The notes beneath the pieces were generated by a model, which worked only from the letters and a program-made list of their open reading frames with translations, ran no database searches and was not told the origin of the DNA. A stretch of DNA of 64,000 bases from assembly GCA_012295275.1 (NCBI GenBank), contig CM022665.1:21452001-21516000 (forward strand). The letters are read 5' to 3'. Below are positions 1-13,390 of this stretch, in pieces (within the stretch, counting starts at the first letter, position 1; each line of letters opens with the position of its first letter). Source of the DNA: Chrysomallon squamiferum (lineage: Eukaryota; Animalia; Mollusca). The position numbers were made by a program, and so were the translations under genes.

Positions 1-1
1 A

Positions 2-346
2 TCGAGGAAAGGGCATCTGTGTATATACTGCGGTAAATTATACTCTCGTAAATATGGCTTGAAAATTCACCTGAGGACTCATACTGGCTACAAACCTCTC
101 AAATGTAAGGTTTGTTTGCGTCCTTTCGGTGATCCGAGTAACTTGAACAAGCACGTTCGTCTGCACGCGGAAGGGGACACGCCATACAGATGTCAGTACT
201 GCGGCAAGGTTCTCGTGAGAAGACGAGATCTTGAACGTCACGTGAAATCTCGCCACCCACAGGAAGCGGAGCTAAAGGAAACAATGATTGACAGCGTGGA
301 TACAACCACTGAGAACGTTGAAACTGATCAAATCACTGTGGTCTGA
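2..346 (+). CDS. PRDM13: PRDM13-like C2H2 zinc-finger protein, 3' end of last exon (5' part lies outside the window)
   Basis: Frame 2 reads SRKGHLCIYCGKLYSRKYGLKIHLRTHTGYKPLKCKVCLRPFGDPSNLNKHVRLHAEGDTPYRCQYCGKVLVRRRDLERHVKSRHP, three C2H2 fingers almost identical to the recalled PRDM13 C-terminal array. Stop TGA at 344-346. The ORF-track start at 59 is an internal TTG. Confidence 0.9.
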   Translation, partial: SRKGHLCIYCGKLYSRKYGLKIHLRTHTGYKPLKCKVCLRPFGDPSNLNKHVRLHAEGDTPYRCQYCGKVLVRRRDLERHVKSRHPQEAELKETMIDSVDTTTENVETDQITVV

Positions 347-354
347 CCAGTTTG

Positions 355-393
<39 letters not shown>

Positions 394-1647
394 AAAAGTT
401 AAAAAAAAAAAAAAAAAAAAAATAAGGAAAACGATTGTGTTTCTTATTCACTCACGTTTTTTTTTCTTGTTTTCATTCAGGCTTTTGTTTTCTACCTCTC
501 ATACTATAATTATTTCTAACAGTCTAAGATTTTCTCTTCCTCTGGATCTGCATCTCTATCTTACATAACATCTATTTATTAAGTAAATCAGTTATGTAGC
601 AGAGTAAAAAAAAGAAGAAAAACCAAAGGAACAAGAAAAAAAAAGCAGCAAAAAAACACCCCCCAGTGTATGTTAATGTAGACTTCTGATTTCAAATAAG
701 ATAAAAACGCTACCGTACAATTTACTAGCAAAATTAACAGATTATTATTATTATTATTATTATTATTACTGTCAGATAAAGATGCATCTTATGCAGTTCA
801 ATCCCAGTTGAAATAAAAAAAAGTGTTGAAGATAACTGAAACACACACACAAAAAAAAAACACCCCCAAAAATTCAACAACAAAATAAAACCAAACAAAA
901 AACTTTCATTGCATTTCAAAGCAGTCAAATTATATACGCTCCGAAAATAGATATCTTTATCAAGTATCTATTCAATAATGTGTCCTTTTTAAAAAAGGTG
1001 TTAATAAAGATTGACTTACAGAATTAAATATTATGTTTTTGAACTGTATATATTTATGTATAAACTTGTGAACATTCCTAATGAATAAGACTTGTCGTTT
1101 GTGAATAGATAATTCTGTTTATTTCTGTTAACGAAGAGTTGTCTTTCCCGATGGATTATTTTTCATGGATCGGGCCCTACCGCTTTACTTCGGATGACTA
1201 TTAAACAATAAATACGGGGGTTATTTGACAAACACAAGGAAGAATGTTAACATACAACAGGTAAAAACATCACATTTAAGTAATCGATTCAGCTTAATCG
1301 ACCGTTTTCTTGTTTTATGATTTCTTCCCCCAACATTCACTTAAAATCTTTTCCATTTCCTTGGTTTGCTTTCTTTTCTGATTTTCAGGTACGCCTTTAT
1401 AAGGAATTTCCCTAAAAAAATAAAAAATAATATTTGATCTCATTCTGCTTTCAAACATATAGTTAGCTAACGTAACATTTTAAGATTTGGAAATCGCCAT
1501 TTCTGAAAAAGTAGCGGCTGTTAGCCCTGGTACATTTAAGTCAAACATCTTTTTATTATTAAATAAAAATAGTTATTAGTAACAACAATTTATTTGTTAT
1601 TTGTTATTTTTCAAAATGGTCTGTTAAGAAAAAAGTACCTCTGAACA

Positions 1648-1699
<52 letters not shown>

Positions 1700-2704
1700 G
1701 TGTACAACAAGTTATGTATCAAAGCAAATACAGTTCCGTTGCAAAAAGCTGTATGATTAGTCAGTGAGCGAAAATAGAAATTTATCTAGTCATCATATCT
1801 TACCACTATTTATAGTGATTACAGGATGAATATAGATATCGATATAATGTAAATTGACTTGTGACTGTTTTATTAAAGCCAGTTTCTGGTAACAAGAAAC
1901 AATACATAAGCTTTAATATAATTTCAGGCTATTGTTCTTAATGTCTTGGAAATACTGATTTGTCATGGATCCACCTACTAGTAGCATCAGCATCATCATC
2001 ATCATCAGCAGTAGTAGTAGTAGTAGCTGCAGCAGCAGACGTGATAGTAGTAGTAATAGTAGTAGGGGTAGTAACAGACGTAGTGGCAGCAGTATACATT
2101 TTATGGGGGAAACAATGCCTTTAACATCTGATCAGGTGAACTTTTGTTCAGTGCTATGGTAGATGTCGAGAGGACAGGGCTTTTCGAAGATGGCACAAAA
2201 CTTGTATTCGAAAATAATCAGAACTACAATCCATCAGTAAATCAAGACTTTGATAACACTGAATATGAAAAATAACACAGTTTGTGAATATAACGTCTAA
2301 TCATTCAATGTCAGCAATAGCTATACAGGCATAGATATATATAGATTATAGATATATAGATATTCATACATTCATTTATATGTACCTATATGTTCATATA
2401 TATGTCTATATAAAAATATATATAATAAAAAGATATACATACTGACAAACATTCAGATATAACCATGTTTCTATGTGTGTGTGTGTGTATGTGTATGTGT
2501 GTGTGTGTTTGTGTGTGTGTGTATGTGTTTGTGATTGTGTGTGTACATATACTGCATATAACTGTAAATAAGTATTTAATCTGTTTTATATAGCGTGACA
2601 CTAAAACTACAAACTGAAACTGTTTAATAAATATTTTACTTTAAATTAACTACACACGGAACGCACTGTTTAGGAATAAAAATTGAACGTTTAAATTAAC
2701 TGTA

Positions 2705-2775
2705 AGCTGTTGTGAAGCACGTCTGCGACGGGCACGCTTTCTGACAGGTCAGCGGGCGCGTCCGTCGCAGAATGA
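2705..2775 (+). repeat. GC-rich ~50-nt stem-loop element, second diverged copy at 30211-30280
   Basis: TCTGCGACGG (2722-2731) is the exact reverse complement of CCGTCGCAGA (2762-2771), with an inner CTGAC/GTCAG stem. The leader AGCTGTTGTGAAGCACGTCTGCGAC is shared with 30211. Confidence 0.7.
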
Positions 2776-3356
2776 CGGTAATCCGTTTTTTTAACCTTAT
2801 GTAGTAGGGCCCTTAACCATACCCTAACAGGGCCTCGTTCAAGCTGTGGAAAGTTTTCTCAGAGATATTTAGATGTACTGTTTTCTGTGTTTCTTTAACC
2901 TAGCAAATTGGTCCTAACTTATTTACTTAGCTACGGATCGCAGTTTAGTTTATACCTACCTGTAGAATTCGCTGGTAGCTATTATTATTTTTGTTTTGTT
3001 TTACTTATTATATTTTATATCGTTGTACTTTTAAGGTACAGTTTTTGAAAATCCCGGTAACATATTAACTATTTACCTAAATAACTTACTTTAATACACA
3101 GTTTAACATCTCGTAATTAACCTGTATGCATCATTAAAGTAAGTAAATATGTTAACCATTCATTTCTGCAAATATTCCTAACAAGTATGTATTAATTAAA
3201 TATCTACTGTTAGTTAACAGTAATCCGATTTCTGAAATCATCTAACAATTAACAATCATTAGCGAGAGACAAAAGGAATTTGTGTGAGCTACGCTCTGCT
3301 GACTTCATGGAAGTCCGCGACGTGTTTATTTAAGTAAAAGACAGAAGAGCCCAGAG

Positions 3357-3454
3357 ATGACAAAAGACCACAAAGAACAAAAAGTTGGCAGCCATTATTA
3401 TACAATTATGTTGGTAATTATATTTTGCGTTATCTTTGTTTAAGTCGGAAGCAG
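3357..3454 (+). pseudogene. Possible decayed signal-peptide exon
   Basis: ATG at 3357, then hydrophobic codons, ending ...LSLFKSEA-G at a phase-1 donor (GCAG|GTACAA). Both candidate frames contain a stop. Confidence 0.25.
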
Positions 3455-4379
3455 GTACAAATGGTTATCCTGTTTCTGTATGCTATGTTTGATTTGTTGA
3501 TGAATTTGATGTAACCTGTAATATGCCTCATAGAGAGTTTGAATTATGATTTATTTCTAACAAAACCTGTTAGGGAAAATTAAAAGAATTAAGAATTATA
3601 GTATTTCATTTAACACCAAATCCTGCGTCCTTAATCACTAAATAATAAGAATACATGTGTAAAATAAATAATTATCTTTGTAATATAAATACTGTGTTTT
3701 GTTTTGGTGTTCATAGTGGATACTTGATATTATATATAGTTTATATCTGTAGTATATGCAGATATATTTATATATCTATTATAATCAATCGTCACAGTTT
3801 CTTAACTGCACAGTCAGTGGGTCCACTAAAGGTGCAAACCCAAGACAAAAAACGAGCCAAAATTTAATAGAGTCATTAGCACTTGAAAGCTGACACCTCT
3901 TATGCGCTGGGCCCCGTGACACACACATACATACAAACATACACACACATTCACCGAGGTACATCCATAACACACACTGTTGTAAGCAAAACGTTAAATG
4001 TTCACACCTATGTGTACATGTCTGCAAATGTTTAAACATTTTAAAAATAGATATCTAGTCATTAGAAGAAAATTCTGCACCAGTTTTCATCCAGTTTTGT
4101 CCGTCCATTCACCGTGACAGAAAATTTCCAATAATTCTAAATGTAATTTTTGGTTTAGATTTCTGAATTAAAACTTGGTGTTGCTTCTATTAGAAAAGTA
4201 AAAACAAATGAAAATGTTGCCAGCAATATCCTTTAATTAATCAAATGTAATTACTTTATTAAATATCCGTAGCAAACTGTTAATTTGTTTTTATTATTTA
4301 ATTAATTTAAGTTTCTTATTTCTCTGCTGCTGTTGTTGTCGGTGGTGACGTTGTCAGTACAGTATTGTAGCTGTATAAA

Positions 4380-4984
4380 AATGTAGTAGTAGTAGTGTTT
4401 TACAATTCTGTATAAGATTTAACTTCCTTCGAATAACCTGGATTTGTTTTGCTGTTATCATATTTTATTATTAAAGCTTCACTCCAGTAAAATCATTACT
4501 TGTAAAACAGCATACAGACATTTATGAGAAATGAATGCAGATTCACATGCGAGACCCCACAGTACAAAGCATTCATGACCCATTGAAATGTATATCTCTC
4601 AGATCAGTAGAAGTCTACTTTAACGTAATAGGTTATAAATATATACAGCAGTGTATTCAAAGCAATAATAAAGGTAACTACTGGTGTTCAGTGCAGTGTT
4701 TGTTGACTGGTAGAATTAATTCTTGAACAGTTTTATGATAAACAACCACATTATGCATAACACTATTACAACTTATTTCATTGAACAGTTTGGTTGTTTT
4801 TAAATCCTATTTATTTTCAGAATCATAAATTTTACAAAATATTATTTTAGTGTTGTTCATTGTAGAAATCTTTAACAAGAAATAAAATAGTTTGAAAAAA
4901 TAAAAATGTCGTGTTCAGTAGAATGATATATTTCCATCATAATTATTATTATTGTTGTTGTTATTGTTGTTGTTGTTGTTGTTG

Positions 4985-5032
<48 letters not shown>

Positions 5033-5442
5033 TGAATTGCGCTCATGTTAAGATCAGATAACTTTCCTATAAAATCAGCTCAGAAATACCATTGGATTTT
5101 AATACTTTTGATCCTTGGACCCCACCCCTCAATCTACCTTACATATATTACAAAGTATTATTTGTATGTATGTATGTATATGTATGTGCTTGCGTGTGTG
5201 TATGCGTGCTTATGTGTGAATGTATGCATGTTTATATGTATGTATTTGTTTGTGTGTGTGAGTATGTATGTTTGTATATATGTATGTGTGTCTATGTATG
5301 AATGCACGTACATATGTATGTACCTTTGTATGAATATACGTACATATGTATGTATGAGTATGTATATAGGCCTATGTATGTGTGTTTCTATGTATGAATG
5401 TGTGTACGTACGTCTGTATGTATGTGCATGTATGTATACCTA

Positions 5443-5473
<31 letters not shown>

Positions 5474-5778
5474 TTATGTATGTATTTCAGTGTATGTTCT
5501 TATGTCGTATGTATGTAATATTCTAAATTACATGACCAAGCCAGATAACTTTATATATTTCTTAGTTAGTTTCTTTGTTTATTTTAAGTGTTTTACAATT
5601 ACAGTCAAAACCGTTTATTTTTTACATTAGAAATTATATGAGGAAAGGAAACCGGGCCCGTTGACCAAAAAGCTAACTTGTTTGTTGTTTTTCTTATTAT
5701 ATTTTCTTTTTACTTCCTTTCTGCCCTAAAAATGTCTCGTATTATATTCTTTATTTTTAATTTTTCTTTACTGTTGTG

Positions 5779-5820
<42 letters not shown>

Positions 5821-6330
5821 TTTAATACTTGGACAAGAAACGTTTTTATTTTATGTTGTTCGTCTTCCTTTTTACATTTCTTTCATTGGAGGAAATGTCG
5901 AAATGAAAAATAATTAACCGATGTTTTTAAAACAAGTTAAAAGGACAGAATACCATTGCGAATATATATGGTTCTAATTTAAACAAACCTTTTTTTTTTT
6001 TTCAACATATTTTACACAATAATGAACAATTCAATAAATAATATATGATGTGTGACAATTTTAATTTGATACTAGCTATACAGATTTACTTACCTATAAA
6101 CCATCTGAAATCACAACAAAAAATTACTAAGAACTTGAAAGTATACGATTTAAAAGATTTATTTAGAAAACTGTATTGTAATCTTCTAAAATAAAAAAAG
6201 GAAAAATAAAAAAGGAAGAAGAAGAAAAGAACAAGGAATATCAGTCACAACAACAAAAAAATAACTTTTAAAAAGCTATACTAGACTTATTATTTAACAT
6301 TCTGATGTACAAAAAGTGTAACAGCAAAGA
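4380..6330 (+). repeat. Dispersed duplicated non-coding block with (TATG/TGTG)n microsatellite
   Basis: The marker ATGC(G/A)AGACCCCACAGTACAAAGCATTCATGACCCATTGAAATG recurs at about 4547, 17139 and 53209. The microsatellite and downstream part recur inverted at about 27700-28990. Confidence 0.85.
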
Positions 6331-9300
6331 GTAAAAATTCACAATTGACTGCTCTTTAATGGCAAGAGTATTCAAAGCAAATAGACTGCAACAGCGGTAA
6401 TATAAATAAAGATTAGTGTATTTCTACTGTAATGAAAGTAATACATTTTAATATTATTATATTTTATACGTGGAAAATTAAGTTTAATGTACATGAACAT
6501 ATTACAAATATTTATATTTATCTATCAGAAAATCTTTCTAGAGGGATTTAAAGTAATAAAAATAGAATTAATATTATAATAACAACTTTTAGAAAATGTT
6601 TATTCATTTCTGAGTTCGTCTTATTAAGGCATAAGAAAGTTCAATATGTAAACAATATACCTAGTTATAGTACGATCAATATTTAGTTAACTAGAATATA
6701 TAAATAAATAAATAAATAAGTAAGTAAGTTAATAAATAAAATACTTAAATAGATAATGAAATGAAATATATAAACAAAGAAATAAAATAAAATAAATGTT
6801 TGTTGTCTAGAGTATCAAATTTTTCTGATGGATAATATTTAGCTAACTTTTACTAGAACAAAATAGAATGTATTCAACAAAATATAAACAAATAAATAAA
6901 TAAGTAATAAAATGAAAAATGGTTGTAGCCTAAGTTATGAGATTATTCTAAACAGCAGTTAGATTTCTGGAATGTTACCAAGTTGATTTTGTACACGTAA
7001 ATTGAGACACGTAATCATTACGAGGTCGAAACAACCCGTATACGTTTTATTTTCTGTTTTTAATATATCGAAGAGTTTGAGCTGTTCTTTATAGAAACAA
7101 TGTTACTAGAAATTTAAGTAAGTTTACAAAAAAAAAAAAATATTAAGAGTTTTCTATCTACTAATTTATATCTATAAATATACATTTATCTCTGCAGAGA
7201 TATTTAAACTTTTTAAATGTATGACACTAATTTAACATTACTTCATTGTTTATGTTGTATAAAATTTCATAGCTATTCTCGTCCATTTTGTTGGATTCAG
7301 TGAGTCATGTAAAACATACTTAGACACTGGATTTAGTTACAGAGTTTAATAACATGACCAGTATTTGAAATAATAATTACGTTTTAACATATTAAACTTC
7401 TATGATAGAGATACTGATCTTAATGAAAATAGAAGATGTCACGGTATGTTATTAGAAAAGTATAGGTTTACCAAAAAAACATTAGACACATCGCATAGCC
7501 CAATATCGGAATATCACAAACAAATTTGAAGATAGAAATATTGAAGAATGTTACGTCCCAGAAAATGATATTTTAAATGAGTTCGTGTCAACAGAATTAA
7601 AATTTACAAAAATCTTATTTCATTTTATTCACAAATCTGAAGGACGGAGTTGCGTTCTAAGTGAAACAACAAGAAACACAGAACGTGCCACTGTAGGTAT
7701 ATTGTAGATTTATTTCATTGTACTTGATTTATTTATCTCGTTAGTTAGTTTTCTTTTCTTCGTCTTTTTTTTTTTTTTTTTTTTTTCTGTTATATTTTTC
7801 TTTACTATTGTTATCGTTATTATTATTATTATTATTATTATTGTGTTGTTGTTGTTGTTACTGTTCTATTATTGATCTTGTCATTACCGTTATTATTATT
7901 GTTATTATTAGTTATTATTGTTGATGTTATTGCAGTTATTATTGTTAAATTCATAAAACGATGTAAAAGTTATTTTTATGAAAGTCTACAAACCATTTGT
8001 TTCAAAAGTTAGGTGAAGCAAAGTATGCATATTATTATTATTATTATAAAACACACAGACACACAGACACAAAATCACAAACACACACGAATACATGTCT
8101 AAAATTATTAGTTTTACGTTGCTAACATTATAAAATATTTCCGTGTACTTCTTTTCTTTTGTGAAACTGAAACCTCTGTTATTTGTGACAAGGTTAAAAA
8201 TGCAGTAAAAGGCACACCTACAAAAACACGCCGATAAAAGCGGGCCAACATAATAGCTGTGTCAGTGCGCCGTTAGTACGTACAGGTCAAACTTTTGATC
8301 AAACTTTAATCCTGGCACAAAAGGAATCTGTGATAGGTTTTGACAATATTGTGAACCACTGTCAAAACTGTTATCTGTGATCATGAAGTTTAAAATAAAA
8401 GCACACCTTCATAAGAATCCCGACATGACTGCATAGCCTTTTTTGCTTATTATTATTATTATTATGCAGTTTTTAACTTTACTATTTTGTTTAACATTGT
8501 TAACATTTTCACAGCTAATAATGAAGATTTTCTCGTCGATTTTATTAAATTCAGTGGCTTATGTGAAACATGCATAGACCTTGGATTTAGTTTTAAGAAA
8601 GGTTTAATAATAAAACTAGTATTTTAAATAATGATTACGTTTTATCCTGTTTTACTATATTCATGTAATAGAGAAAAATGATTTTCTTTTGTATTTGTTA
8701 CGAGCGACAACGAGAAGGTCACAAATATTTGTGTCTCCCACTTCTTGAATATCGTTCTCAATAACTGTTAGAAGTGTACAGAGTAAATAAGTGTTAAGAC
8801 AAATATTTAAAATTATTAGATTTATGTTGCTAACATTATAAAGTATTTCTTTTTTCTTTCTCTCCTTCGTGAAACTGAAAGCTCTACTTTTAGAATTGAA
8901 GACCTGCTATTCCTGACAACATTTCAGTTAAAATTGTCAAAAAACAATAACATTTGGACATTTTTAAATTTATTTTTACTACTACTATTATTATTATTAT
9001 ATACAGTAAAATATACAAGACAAATCAGTTAGCTAAGAATAAAATGTAAAAACAAACTAATAAACAAACAAACAAACAAACAAACAAAAAGAAAAGAAAA
9101 GAAAAGAAAATATACCTACGAATATGTCGAAATTCTACTGGTATCTTATAATTTAGATATAATTTTTATTTAATTATTTATGAGAGCGTATGAGGAAAAC
9201 TTTTTACCAGTTTTCACAGGGCGATAACAAAAGTTACTGTTAGACACAAAATGAAAAGTTTACAGTTTTGCAAGTCGACTCTGTATATTCAGAATATTAT

Positions 9301-12060
9301 ACAGAATCAGTTTTTTTTTTATGTGCCACCATTTAGATCAGTTTTATTCCTGTCAGAGTTGGTTTTATGTATAATATATAGGAAAATCCAAAGATTCCAA
9401 ATTGACTCCTGTTTAATAACGAGTATTCAAAATAAAAATAAATATATATATATATATAGAATACTCTAATATTAATAAATATTAGTGTATTTGTACTGTA
9501 ATTAAAGAAATATATTTTAATATTATTATTTTAATCTACTGAGTACATGAAAATATTATAAATGTTTGTATTTGTCTATCAGAAAATATTTCTAGATTTA
9601 TGAAGAGTAAGTTAAAGTAATAAAATGGAACTCATTTAAAAATAACAACATTTAGAAATTGTTTATTCAAATCTTAGTTGGTCTTATTAAGGCATAAGAC
9701 ATAGGAAGTTATTATATGAGAAAAGTTTATGAACATTTTAATAACAGTTTTCTATATATAGTAATTTATGTCTGTAAATATTCATTTATGTCTATAGATA
9801 TATGTCTATTTTGTAAATGTATGAAACTGGTTTCAATATTACTTTCTTGTTTACACTGTGTAAATTTTCACAGCTAATAACGATTTAATTTAGACCTTCG
9901 ATTTAATTTAGTGAAAAGAGTTTAATAACATGACCAGTGTTTGAAATATTTATTAACATATTTCATTATATTCAGATAAAAGAGAAAACAAACGTTTTTT
10001 TTATTTATTATAAACGACAACCAACAGGTCGCAAATACTGAAGTATCTCATTATCACCCTTCTTCAGTATCGTGTATAGAGTGAGTGTTCAGACAAGCAT
10101 TTAAAATTGTCAGCTTTATTTTGATACCATTGGGAAATATTTCCGTGTTGTTTCTTTTTTTTCTGAAACCGAAACCTCTATTTTTACGACTAAAATATTT
10201 CCGGTAACGTTCGAGAAAAATCAAAGGGAAAAATCGATGTGTTTATCAGTGTGTTTGAGCTGTCATTTACATAAGTCATCTGATTAGGAATTTAGGTAAG
10301 TTAATAAACATTTTAATGTTTTCTTCATCCAGTAAAGAGATATTAATGAAACTAATTTTAATTTTTCTTCCAAGTTTCATAGCACATATCGAAGCTTTTC
10401 TAGTCGATTTCATTCAATACAAACACTTATGTAAAAAGCACATTCGATTTAGTTGAAGTAGATGAATAACAGGACCAATATATGAAATAAAAATTACACA
10501 TTTGACTACCTTCAAATCGACATTCTTTTGTATTTGTTAGGAGCGACAACGAAAAGGTCACAAATATTGACCCGTTTGTGTCGCCCACTTCTTGAATATT
10601 TTTCTCGGTAACTTAGGAGTGTATAGAGTAAGTACTAAGACAAATATTTAAAATATTTAGCTTTTTGTTACTAACATTATAAAATATTTCCGTGTTATTC
10701 TTTTCTTTTGTGAAACTGAAACCTGTATTATGCCTAACAAGATTTAAGTTAACAGTGTAGAAAGCATTTGATAATTTTTTTAAATTAAATTTTATTTAAT
10801 TAATTATTTTATCTAGTTTTGTTTATATGTATCTTTCTTAATAAATTATATTTTATTCTACAAAAAAATGCACATATTTTATTTAAATTACGACTAAGTA
10901 CATCATTTACATGACAAAAATTCTTGTATATAATTTTCCTATATGCTCGAATAAAACGTATTCAGATTTCAATAAACATTTTTTAAGTCTTTTTATTATG
11001 ACATTTTCTTATTGGGCTGTGAGAAAAACTGCTGTTAGACACAATATAAACAGTTTACAATTTTGCAGGTAGGCTCTGTATATTCAGAATTGCATACATA
11101 ATCTCTTATTGGGCGGTGAGAAAAACTGCTGTTAGACACAATATAAACAGTTTACAATTTTGCAGGTAGGCTCTGTATATTCAGAATTGCATACATAATC
11201 TCTTCTTGTTATTGTGATCAGTTGTATTCCTGTCAGAATTGGTTTTATGGACAATGTACAGGAAATTCCAAAGATTCGAACCTGAATATTCAAACAAAAC
11301 AAACTGCAATAGCTGTAATAAAAATAAAGATTAGTGTATGTTTATTATAATTAAAGTAATATATTTTAATATTATTATATTTTATACACGGCAAATGAGT
11401 ATGCTGTAAATGTGAATAATAAAATATTTATATTGTCTATTCAGCAAACTATAGATAAATCAATAGTTTAATAAATAAATAAATAAATAACATAATGTGT
11501 GTTGCGTGTATTGTGATATTTATCTGATTAGCGGTTCAGCGGAAAGTCGCCCAGTTTATTTATAACCCTTTTTTCAACGTTACTTGAGTCACGTGATCGT
11601 TACAATATAGTGACGACCCGGAAACGTTTTTTTGTCTGTTTTTAATATATCGATGTGTTTGAGTCGTTCTTTACGGAAATATTTCGATTAGTTAAGTTAA
11701 TAAAAAAAAAATAATGTATGAAAGGGATTTGAATATTACTTCCTTGTTTACGTTGTGCAAATTTTCGAAGATAATAACGAAATTACTCTCGGCGATTTTT
11801 GAAATAGTAATTAGCTTTTAAATAGTTCTTCTATCTTCAGATAATACATAAAATAACCTTCTTTTATATTTATTACGAGCGACAACGTAAAAGTAACACA
11901 CTTCTTCAGTATCGTTTTTAATAATAGTTTTGAGTGTATAAAATAAGCGGTAAAACAAATATTTAAAGTTACTAGCTTTCTGTTGCTAAAGTTATAAAAT
12001 ATTCCGCGTTGTTTCGATCTTTTGTGAAACTGAAACTTGTACGGACGAAAATACTACACG
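6330..12060 (+). repeat. Array of degenerate AT-rich modules (macrosatellite-like or non-autonomous element)
   Basis: Recurring motifs include GTGAAACTGAAA (about 8160, 8870, 10710, 12025), CACAGCTAATAA, TTAGACACAA..AGTTTACA and GAGCGACAACG. There is also a near-exact 97-bp tandem duplication starting near 11011 and 11108. Confidence 0.8.
8211..8440. mobile_element. Candidate DNA-transposon end/subterminal segment shared with the MULE remnant
   Basis: 8306-8440 matches 49915-50050, which lies directly upstream of the MULE-like ORF. An inverted copy is at about 20955-21190. The segment begins with a GC-richer GGCACACCTACAAAAACACGCCGATAAAAGCGGGCC stretch. Confidence 0.4.
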
Positions 12061-12072
12061 AAATTTATATAT

Positions 12073-12107
<35 letters not shown>

Positions 12108-12149
12108 TATCATGGTAGATCAGATAATTTATTAACATCAGAATTACAG

Positions 12150-12230
12150 GTTTAATCCGTGAACTGATGAAAATCATGGTACAGAGAACTTGTTCGCCAT
12201 TAAATGCACTTGAAAACATCAGAATAGAAG
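12150..12230 (+). CDS. Type-B micro-exon, 81 nt, phase 1-1
   Basis: TTACAG|GTTTAATC...ATAGAAG|GT. Open frame GLIRELMKIMVQRTCSPLNALENIRIE. Homologous to four other copies. Confidence 0.55.
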
Positions 12231-12518
12231 GTGCGGACAATAGAATTTTCTTTCTACAAATTTGTAAATTTAATAGTTATCGAAAGATGATGAAAGATAA
12301 CATAAAGTTGTAACAAGGAAACACATTATTACACGATTAAACCTTAGTAGTTTAGTTTCATACCTTATGTAACAAGTTCATCACCTGTTTCATTTAAATA
12401 AAATTACTGAAAATGCATTACCTGTTTCTAATGTAAAATCATAATAGTGTGACGAACCACACTTCACAGATGTTAATTATTAAATGTTTGTTTTAATATC
12501 ATGTTACTGAACTTACAG

Positions 12519-12569
12519 AGCCAAGTGATAAGCAGGTGAACATGACTGACAAGAACATTGAGTCGTCAG
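12519..12569 (+). CDS. Type-A micro-exon, 51 nt, phase 1-1
   Basis: CTTACAG|AGCCAAGT...TCGTCAG|GTACTT. Open frame EPSDKQVNMTDKNIESS. Confidence 0.55.
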
Positions 12570-12742
12570 GTACTTTTTTACCTTGTTTAACGTAAATGAT
12601 AAAATGATTGTCATAAAATTAATCTTCTAATCTCAGTGAGTGCTACATAAATATAATGGGGAAGAAATAATTATTTTGTTAGAAACGTAAGGTGATGTTA
12701 ATTTTTCACATTTTATTTGTATTCATTTTTCTGAAATTACAG

Positions 12743-12822
12743 GTTTAACCCGTGAACTACTGAAAATCATGCTTCAGAAAATTCGTTCTCTATTACATTG
12801 GTTGGAAACATCACAATAGAAG
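12743..12822 (+). pseudogene. Type-B micro-exon with 1-nt deletion (80 nt)
   Basis: TTACAG|GTTTAACC...ATAGAAG|GTATAT. Reads GLTRELLKIMLQKIRSLLHWLETSQ* and is one base shorter than the other B copies. Confidence 0.5.
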
Positions 12823-12920
12823 GTATATAAAATTTAAATTTTATATATATACATATATATTATGTTTTTTTAAAGAATTCAAAATAATTAACCGATGTTT
12901 TTTTTTAATGTTAAAATTAC

Positions 12921-12964
<44 letters not shown>

Positions 12965-13104
12965 GAAAAGGCTTAACATGAAATATATTAATAATTTATA
13001 CATTGTGCAAAATAATATAACTTTTATCCTCACTGTCATCATAAGATTATTCAAGTTTTATATGAAAACCTTCTTCAGGTAAGTAGATAATTAAATTTAA
13101 CCAT

Positions 13105-13390
13105 AATGCTAAACCTCACCCTAACAGTAACCCTAACACTAAACATAACCCTGATGCTAACATTAACCCTAAACCTTACCCTAGATATAATCTTACTTCT
13201 AGCAATATGATAAATTGACCAATGTTATACCAACAATCCTAATAAACTTTCCCAAGTTAATATTTTGAAATAAAAGTTGTTTTAATTTTTACACCATGTT
13301 ATATACGAAAACTCCATTGAGGTAAACAGATAATTTAATTTAACCCTATTGCTAACCCTAATCCTAATAGATAATCTAATCCTAACCCTA
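13105..13390. repeat. Degenerate (TAACCC)-like repeats
   Basis: Scattered CCCTAA/CCTAAC units at about 13110-13185 and 13340-13390. Confidence 0.5.

Noticed and set aside
38-305. Minus-strand ORFs over PRDM13
   Set aside because: They are antisense shadows of the zinc-finger exon.
5045-5630. Cys/Val/Tyr/Met-rich ORFs here and at 28431-28991 and 53745-54221
   Set aside because: They are translations of (TG)n/(TATG)n microsatellites.
12150-12822. Antimicrobial or venom peptide precursor reading of the B exons (GLIRELMKIM...)
   Set aside because: There are no consistent dibasic cleavage sites, and the paralogous B exons are not cationic amphipathic.
13105-13390. True telomere or fusion site
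   Set aside because: It is short and highly degenerate. Such TAACCC-like tracts are common inside invertebrate repeats.
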